Virus record (IMG/VR): IMGVR_UViG_3300020043_006768
Location: 1-34,627 of that record
Length of the DNA: 34,627 bases
Direction: 5' to 3' (one strand)
Source: a virus
Lineage: Duplodnaviria > Caudoviricetes
The notes beneath the pieces were generated by a model, which saw nothing but the letters and a program-made list of their open reading frames with translations, did not search any database and had not been told where the DNA came from. The position numbers and the translations under genes are program-made. This document shows positions 28,561-34,627 of this stretch, one piece after another (position 1 is the first letter of the stretch; each line of letters starts with the position of its first letter).

Positions 28561-28904
28561 AAAAATCATTCTTATTTCTCACATTACTCATTTCATTAAT
28601 GAGTTTTTTAACTATTCCAGTACGTAATGTTTCGGCATCAACCACCATTACAAGTGCTGACGATGGCGGTGTAGTTACCAATACTGGCGGAGCAGTTACG
28701 TTTACTTTGGGAACAGTATCAAGCGGCTTTTCTTGTACAATCAATAATCAAGGAACAGGAGACATTACCCTTAGTACAGCAGTAACGGTGCATAATGGCA
28801 AAACAGTTACAACCATTGGCCGCCACTCAACCGAAATAACATCAAACGGAGTTGGGAATAAGTTACGAATCTATTACGACGGAACAAGTTTCCGTTCATT
28901 CTAA
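28557..28904 (+). CDS. Small exported beta-rich protein (fibre-tip-like domain)
   Basis: MKKSFLFLTLLISLMS leader; TITSADDGGVV..TFTL..GFSCTINNQGTGDITL resembles the C-domain of 28912..29667. Confidence 0.6.
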   Translation: MKKSFLFLTLLISLMSFLTIPVRNVSASTTITSADDGGVVTNTGGAVTFTLGTVSSGFSCTINNQGTGDITLSTAVTVHNGKTVTTIGRHSTEITSNGVGNKLRIYYDGTSFRSF

Positions 28905-28911
28905 AACCAAT

Positions 28912-29667
28912 ATGTCTGCATCTATTGAAATATTAATGATTCAAGGCAGCCAAAAGAGCATCTTGTTTCAATTCCCGAACTCAATTAATGTTTCGGATTA
29001 TAACTTTATTTTTCAAGCAAAATCGAAGTTGTCTGGGGTTCAGGCATTTTCGTTTTCGTCGATAGAAAATAAACTTATCAAATCGGGCCAGAATGTACTT
29101 TTGTTTATTCCTGCATCAGCAACAAGGGAATTGTCGGGTGAGTTTGAGGCACAAATTGGATTTTTCATTGAACCTGACGACTTAACGATTTTACCAAAAT
29201 TTGATTTAATTATTGAGTCAGCAATTATTTCACAAGAGGAGGCACCAAATGGTGACTCTGTTTTCGATGAAATTGCAGCACAGAACATAATTATCAATGT
29301 TGATGCTCCGACTCCCTTAACTTTTTCAATTCAAGGCGTTGGAATTGTTTTCGGTCAATTAACTTTGCCGAATACACAAACAGCGTCATATACTTTTCAA
29401 ACTTCTGACTCAGGAAAAATAATTGTCGTAGATTCTGCCTCGCAAACTACTTTGACTATTTCTGATGAAGTGAACTTTGAAATAGGTAGTAAAATTATAG
29501 TCATGCAAAAGGGTCTTGGTCAAGTAAACTTTTCAGCATCAGTTAGTATTACTATACTCAACAAGACTGGTACAGAAAAAGCCACTTCCTCTCAAAATGC
29601 CATAGCAACACTATTGAAAATTTCAGAAACGAATTGGATTCTATTTGGCGACCTTTTGAGCGTATAA
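28912..29667 (+). CDS. Paralogue of 25305..26192 adaptor domain with a fibre-tip-like C-domain
   Basis: Shares MIQGSQKSILFQFPN...IEPDDLT.LP..DLIIE.AI...APNGDS.FD.IAAQ; C-terminus TQTASYT...DSGKII...QKGLGQV...WILFGDL. ATG at 28912. Confidence 0.65.
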   Translation: MSASIEILMIQGSQKSILFQFPNSINVSDYNFIFQAKSKLSGVQAFSFSSIENKLIKSGQNVLLFIPASATRELSGEFEAQIGFFIEPDDLTILPKFDLIIESAIISQEEAPNGDSVFDEIAAQNIIINVDAPTPLTFSIQGVGIVFGQLTLPNTQTASYTFQTSDSGKIIVVDSASQTTLTISDEVNFEIGSKIIVMQKGLGQVNFSASVSITILNKTGTEKATSSQNAIATLLKISETNWILFGDLLSV

Positions 29668-29696
29668 ATAAGGTATTTTTGAGTGAAAAATAATCA

Positions 29697-30000
29697 TGTA
29701 TTGCATATTGTATTGCAAGTGGGTGTCTACCAACTTGATTTTCTAATAACAATAGCTTGTAATTATCTGATTATCAATAACATATAAAATAAATTTACAG
29801 ACAAAATAAATGAAAGCACTTGATACACAGTCAGGTAATGCCGTTTTAATGTAGTTGAATTTATTTGAATATGGTGATATAAATAGCCTTATTTTGCTGT
29901 TTTTGTCTGAACTATTACAATATTTTTCAATGTAATTGAATTGATTAGTATTTCTGTATTGCAGATTGTATTGCAACTGCTTTCAATCTGCAATACAGAA
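29697..30000. other. attP-like region with integrase arm-type repeats
   Basis: TGTATTGCA at 29697, 29709, 29955, 29967 and inverted at 29989..29997; 17-bp perfect inverted repeat 29952..29968 / 29984..30000; directly downstream of the integrase stop. Confidence 0.65.
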
Positions 30001-31371
30001 CTAAAATAATGCTTTCAAATATTCATTAACCTGTTCCTCCTCGAATCCTGCTAAATATGATTGTGTTGTTCCAATATTCTTATGTCCAAGCGATTGAGAA
30101 ATAAAAAGAATTGAGGCATTGCTCCGAGCCAGTATTGTTGCAAAGGAGTGACGAGCTACATAGGTATCCAACTGAACAGTAATACCCAACTTCTCGGCTA
30201 TTTGATTCATGTAGATATTTGTCCGTTGAATAGTCCTGGCAATTGCTTTCTTTGTGTCTTTCTCTCCAACTACATTATTCAAAAACGGAAAAACATAACC
30301 ATCTGGCATTCGTTCTTTGTTTCCTATTTTTTCAATAATTGTTTCGAGAATAGGGAAGAGGACAGTAGTAATTTTTCTGTTTTGCCCCTTTGTTGTTCGG
30401 ATTGTTTTTGCTCGAACAAATTCAATCTTCTTTTCTTCAAAGTTGATGTTTTCCCATTTTAGCCTGCAAATGTCGCCAAAATTCATGCCGTTCGATAGAT
30501 AGCTGAAAATCCATAGGAATTTAGACACCTCCTCGGTTGTTCCCTCCTCAACCTGATAAGACATTATTTTTTCAATGTCAGCTTTCTTTAGGGCCTTCTT
30601 TACACCTTCGCCTTTTGGTATAGTGTAGCTATTCTTGCCAAAAGGGTAATTTTCAGTTGATACAATTTTTTGTTTGATTGCGATATTGTACACGGTTTTC
30701 AAAGTTCGCAAATAAATGCCTATTGTAGTTTCGGAAGCTGGGGCCTTGAATTCTGGCTTTTTGTAGTGTACACGCCCAAATTTGAGCATATAAGATTCAT
30801 ATTGTTGTAGAAAATGTTCAGTAATTGCCAAAAAAGGCAATTGCGTGTCTTTTTCAGTTGGAGGCAGTGATAACAGGATTCTGGCTTTTTTGCTCAATGA
30901 GTCTAAAAACCTCAACAATGAATGTGCTGTGTCTTTGTGCAGATTGGCTGTTCCGATTCTTTCTTCATTTGTCAATTCCTCATACCTCATCATTAGAACT
31001 TGAATAGCATCATCGACCAAAGAACTTTTGTTTTCTTGCTGGGGGAGTGAATTTTCATCATAGTAATACAGGAACTTTTCAAGGTTAAATTTATCACCTA
31101 ATTCATTAATAAGTTTTTTTGCTCGAACGAAGTCCGATTTTTCGCCATACAAAAATTCGTAAGATTTTATTATGTAGTCATTTTTTACTTTTTGAGAAAG
31201 ACCGTTTTCATCGACCGACCTTTGGAGCTTGTCAAAATCTATTTTGGACATTTTTAGTCCAGTTGTCCTGAGTGGCTGTTTTCTTTCGTAGGTTATGCAC
31301 AATTTGACCACGCCAAAGCCTTTTTCTTGACCTCTCTTATCGAAAAAAAGCGTAATGGTTGGTTGACTCAT
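30001..31371 (-). CDS. int: Tyrosine recombinase (phage integrase) with arm-binding and SAM-like domains
   Basis: 456 aa; FSYLSNGMNFGDICRLKW, FVRAKT, YVARHSFAT, ISQSLGHKNIGTTQSYL. Confidence 0.93.
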   Translation of the reverse strand: MSQPTITLFFDKRGQEKGFGVVKLCITYERKQPLRTTGLKMSKIDFDKLQRSVDENGLSQKVKNDYIIKSYEFLYGEKSDFVRAKKLINELGDKFNLEKFLYYYDENSLPQQENKSSLVDDAIQVLMMRYEELTNEERIGTANLHKDTAHSLLRFLDSLSKKARILLSLPPTEKDTQLPFLAITEHFLQQYESYMLKFGRVHYKKPEFKAPASETTIGIYLRTLKTVYNIAIKQKIVSTENYPFGKNSYTIPKGEGVKKALKKADIEKIMSYQVEEGTTEEVSKFLWIFSYLSNGMNFGDICRLKWENINFEEKKIEFVRAKTIRTTKGQNRKITTVLFPILETIIEKIGNKERMPDGYVFPFLNNVVGEKDTKKAIARTIQRTNIYMNQIAEKLGITVQLDTYVARHSFATILARSNASILFISQSLGHKNIGTTQSYLAGFEEEQVNEYLKALF

Positions 31372-31718
31372 TGAAATAGTGATAGTTGAAATTGGAGGGC
31401 GTTACGACCGTATTTTTTTGAGTAGATATGCTGGTTCAAGTCGTGGTTGAGGTGGCACTTTTGGCACAAGGCCGCTAAGTTCGAGAAACGATTATTGTTT
31501 ATATCTCTATCAATGTGAGCCGTGGCCAGCACTACCTTTGAACCAGTTTTAGGGTGTGGCTTGTAGTTTTCTGCTCCGCAAAACTCACACAGATTGTTGG
31601 CCCGTTTGAAACGTATTAGTTTGGATATTAGCCGCCATTTTGGGTGATACTTTGTAGGGGCCTCTAATCTCACCAGTTCTTGCCCCTCTTTTTTTGACGT
31701 TGACAGCCTTTTTCTCAT
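31368..31718 (-). CDS. HNH endonuclease
   Basis: CEFCG...VVLATAHIDRDINNNRFSNLAALCQKCHLNHD; stop overlaps the integrase ATG. Start uncertain (31727 TTG or 31718 ATG). Confidence 0.8.
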   Translation of the reverse strand: MRKRLSTSKKEGQELVRLEAPTKYHPKWRLISKLIRFKRANNLCEFCGAENYKPHPKTGSKVVLATAHIDRDINNNRFSNLAALCQKCHLNHDLNQHIYSKKYGRNALQFQLSLFQ

Positions 31719-32070
31719 AAGTATCAATTTTGTTGAGTTTGATATATCTACTTATCTTTTCTGTTGTGTCTTGTATTTGCTTCTCAGATGGACTGCCAGT
31801 CAATTCAACAAAAATTTCTTTGTCATACATTTTCCCTTTTCCAGTGAGCAAGTAGTGTGCAGAAACTCCGTATTTTTCAACAAGTATTTGAAGCCACTCA
31901 ATTTGTATTTTCAGCGAGTTGGTCGGCTTCAATGATGCCCTGAAATTTCCTTGATTGATATTGTTTTCAATACAAAAACTATAAATACTCAATATTTTGC
32001 CCGATTCCTCCATGTGTTTCAACAAGTCAGATAATATTTCTGGGGTGTCTTTGTTTGATTCTGATTGCAT
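31585..32070 (-). CDS. HTH-like phage regulator with basic C-terminal extension
   Basis: YSFCIENNINQGNF...WLQILVEKYGVSAHYLLTGKGKM; start probably 32070, though the ORF extends to 32172. Confidence 0.6.
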   Translation of the reverse strand: MQSESNKDTPEILSDLLKHMEESGKILSIYSFCIENNINQGNFRASLKPTNSLKIQIEWLQILVEKYGVSAHYLLTGKGKMYDKEIFVELTGSPSEKQIQDTTEKISRYIKLNKIDTYEKKAVNVKKRGARTGEIRGPYKVSPKMAANIQTNTFQTGQQSV

Positions 32071-32168
32071 AATTTTTTCTTTATTGTTTTTTGTCAAAGA
32101 TTCAATCATAAGTATTCTTATAGTGCTTCTTCCACCAATCGTCTTTCTCGTTTTTCTTGCGGAAGAAA

Positions 32169-32582
32169 TCAATGATTGATTTGATTATTACTATTAGTAG
32201 GTGTCTGTTGGGGTTCATATACTATCTTATATTTTGATGAAATTGAAGAGCCAACAATCAATAATATACTTGCCAAAAAGAATGCTGACAACATGATTAT
32301 TAGATTTTGTTGCATATTCAACTTTTGGATATTAACAACATCTCTATAATCAGAAACTGGCACTGATACGTCCATTGATAGGCTTGCAAAAAGCCCAATT
32401 ACAGAGCCTACGAGCAACATATAGCCAAATTGGCTCATTGTCTCATTTTCTTTGGAGTTGCCTTGGATATAGACTACGCTTTCACTTTTAGGCTTAACTT
32501 CTGATTTATCACTTTCAACAGTATTCAAAAAATCGGTTAAACTCATATTTTTTGGTTTTCCAGCGTATAGGTTGTTTTCCAT
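32169..32582 (-). CDS. Membrane protein with two TM helices
   Basis: FGYMLLVGSVIGLFASL and LIIMLSAFFLASILLIVGS segments. Confidence 0.7.
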   Translation of the reverse strand: MENNLYAGKPKNMSLTDFLNTVESDKSEVKPKSESVVYIQGNSKENETMSQFGYMLLVGSVIGLFASLSMDVSVPVSDYRDVVNIQKLNMQQNLIIMLSAFFLASILLIVGSSISSKYKIVYEPQQTPTNSNNQINH

Positions 32583-32599
32583 CTATTTGAAATATTATT

Positions 32600-33130
32600 T
32601 TAATGAAGCAAGATATTCTCAGTAACCTTTTTTATATCTGTAATTTGAATTTTTAATTGATAATCGGTTGACTTTCCATTAATAAGAAAAGGTACTCTTA
32701 CGGTTATGAATTTACCTATACTTAAATTATTTTTGAAAAAGCAATCAGCCATCCATCCAGCGTTTTGAATAAATCTCAAATTTTTCCCAGAAACCATCAC
32801 TCCTTTTTTGAATGCGTGAGGCGGTATTCTAACTGTTAATTGCTCTTTATTTATATCAATTCCTTTCATTTCTCCATCATGAATCCTAAATGCTTCTCCA
32901 TCAATTATCAATGATGCCCTGTTCCAATCAATTTCAATATTATCATCTGTTAGATTTTCAATTTTATAGCCTATTGAGTAGCATCCATTTTGACCAGTCA
33001 TTGAAAAGTCAATAAATTTGTCCCTTATTTTGCCTATTGGAGGTTCTGTTATTTTTAAAACATAGTTATAGCTCGTCATACATGAGCTTAAAGAAATAGA
33101 AATTAGTAATAGTAATAGATTTTTTTTCAT
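32600..33130 (-). CDS. Lipoprotein
   Basis: MKKNLLLLLISISLSS-C lipobox. Confidence 0.8.
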   Translation of the reverse strand: MKKNLLLLLISISLSSCMTSYNYVLKITEPPIGKIRDKFIDFSMTGQNGCYSIGYKIENLTDDNIEIDWNRASLIIDGEAFRIHDGEMKGIDINKEQLTVRIPPHAFKKGVMVSGKNLRFIQNAGWMADCFFKNNLSIGKFITVRVPFLINGKSTDYQLKIQITDIKKVTENILLH

Positions 33131-33141
33131 GTGTGATATTG

Positions 33142-34500
33142 TTAAAAAGTCCTTTTGATTACTTTGAAAATCTGATAAACATCATTCAAGGAAAGCGGAA
33201 AGTCACAATACTCAGGACTACTATTCCTCGAATGACATACTATTGTAGCCTTTTCTTTATCAAAAGCCACAATATCCTTGAATAAAATATTTTTGTTGGT
33301 TAAAATTATCCAACCGTGTTGCGATTCGTGGAAGCCACTCATCCAAAGAGATTTTTGCAACTCCCTACCTAATACTATTGCTTTGTCGGGTGTATCGTCA
33401 ATCTTGCCTCCATTCATACTATCGCCACTAATACGAAAGCCTAAATAATTACCCTTGCCTATCTTATCGACCGCAAAAGTCACTTTCTCAAATTCATCAA
33501 AAAAACCTGCTTCGTTGTGGTCGTCTAAGTATTTGGCATAAGCCTCAAATGGTAGTATTGGCACTTCTATTATATTTTGTCCGTTGATGGTTTCTGTGAA
33601 TTTGTTGCCATTTTTCATTTGGTTAGTTTTTAGTTTCTTTAGCCATTGTTCATTTACCCTGTCAGCAATCTGAGCTGTCATAACTGGAGGAACGCTCATT
33701 CCGATTAAATAACAAGATTTATTCTTTTTGAAATTATAGTCTTGCGGATAAGTTCCAACGCAGCAAATGCCATTATCATTTAACCATTTTTTATCCCAAG
33801 CTGGCATTGGAGAAGCTTTCTGCATATATCCAGCGGTTATGGTAGGATGAACCTGGGATAATAAAACCCATGAAGATTGTAAATATTTAAACTCTTCACC
33901 TCTATATTTCCTATCCCAATCTTCACCGTAGCAGTTTATTATTTCCTTGCCTAATTTATCTTTTAAAATATTAGCAGTTATTTCTGGCTCATCAAAATCT
34001 AAATCTAACTTAGGCTCATTCTTAAATAAATCAGCAAATTCACCATTGTATAAATCCTTTCTAATAGCATAAAAAAATACTCTCTCCCTTTTCTGTGGGA
34101 CTCCCATTTTTGAAGCGTCTAACAGTTTATAACTCGCATAATATCCAGCCTCATTAAAAGCGGTGAGAATCTTATCTACATATTTAACAGCGACACCTTG
34201 TAATAACCCTTTAACGTTTTCTGCGATTATTACCTTTGGTTGTAGCTTTTTTCCTAGATCAATGAAGTCAAAAAATAGAGTATCTAAAACTTGGTTTTCT
34301 TGACCTTCTCTGAATTTCTTAGACTTCCCCCAATCCTTTTCACGATTTCCAGCCATTGAGAAACTAGAACAAGGGGGTGAACCGTCCAATATATCCAACT
34401 CATAAAGTTCATCTGGTAAGTCATCCCTATTTTTGAAAGTAGTTATTGATTCAAGAAAGCTGTATTTAGGGTTATGATTAGCAATATAAACGTCCATCAT
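33142..34500 (-). CDS. 5'-truncated DNA cytosine-5 methyltransferase in frame with an S24 (CI/LexA C-terminal) domain
   Basis: MTase motifs GSPPCSSFS (IV), AENVKG (VI), PQKRERVF (VIII), GMSVPP (X); motif I missing. S24 part 33142..33618 has RISGDSM and ILFKDI. Confidence 0.8.
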   Translation of the reverse strand: MMDVYIANHNPKYSFLESITTFKNRDDLPDELYELDILDGSPPCSSFSMAGNREKDWGKSKKFREGQENQVLDTLFFDFIDLGKKLQPKVIIAENVKGLLQGVAVKYVDKILTAFNEAGYYASYKLLDASKMGVPQKRERVFFYAIRKDLYNGEFADLFKNEPKLDLDFDEPEITANILKDKLGKEIINCYGEDWDRKYRGEEFKYLQSSWVLLSQVHPTITAGYMQKASPMPAWDKKWLNDNGICCVGTYPQDYNFKKNKSCYLIGMSVPPVMTAQIADRVNEQWLKKLKTNQMKNGNKFTETINGQNIIEVPILPFEAYAKYLDDHNEAGFFDEFEKVTFAVDKIGKGNYLGFRISGDSMNGGKIDDTPDKAIVLGRELQKSLWMSGFHESQHGWIILTNKNILFKDIVAFDKEKATIVCHSRNSSPEYCDFPLSLNDVYQIFKVIKRTF

Positions 34501-34627
34501 TTTAGCTCTGATTCAACTTGAATGGTTGCAAAGATGGTTTGTTTACACCTACGAGTTCAAACAAGACGACACCTGCCGAGACGTTCCAGAGCTTGCTGGA
34601 AAAACAATGATCGAAGTTTACGAGATA

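Noticed and set aside
29721-29736. Minus-strand TTGGTAGACAC resembling a tRNA-Leu D-arm
   Set aside because: Only about 11 nt match, with no cloverleaf or T-arm nearby.
29743-29976. 77-aa minus-strand ORF in the att region
   Set aside because: Non-ATG start, low-complexity AT-rich sequence, and it runs through the arm-type repeats.
129-34500. Stop-codon reassignment (alternative genetic code)
   Set aside because: Genes are full length and densely packed under the standard code, and TAA, TAG and TGA all end genes.

Overview
The window is most of a temperate long-tailed (siphovirus-like) phage or prophage, probably of a Bacteroidota host (TAnnTTTG -7 promoter boxes, AT-rich leaders without Shine-Dalgarno motifs). 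The + strand carries an SPP1-like portal, a MuF/SPP1-gp7-like minor head protein with a GNAT-like C-terminal extension, scaffold, head decoration, major capsid, connectors, tail tube, tail chaperone with a probable frameshift partner, tape measure, Dit-like and Tal-like proteins (each with an inserted 7-repeat beta-propeller), a secreted 622-aa protein, a lysis cassette, and then fibre-like genes, several of which begin with Sec-type signal peptides. A ~3.5 kb minus-strand accessory operon (PAPS-reductase-like PP-loop enzyme, ADP-ribosyltransferase-like protein, ASCH, XRE) interrupts the head module. On the right are an attP-like region with arm-type repeats, a tyrosine integrase, HNH, regulator, membrane and lipoprotein genes, and an in-frame C5 DNA methyltransferase / S24 fusion. 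Terminase and replication genes are absent. Both window ends (~120 bp each) look chimeric. All calls come from motif recognition and gene order; no searches were run.
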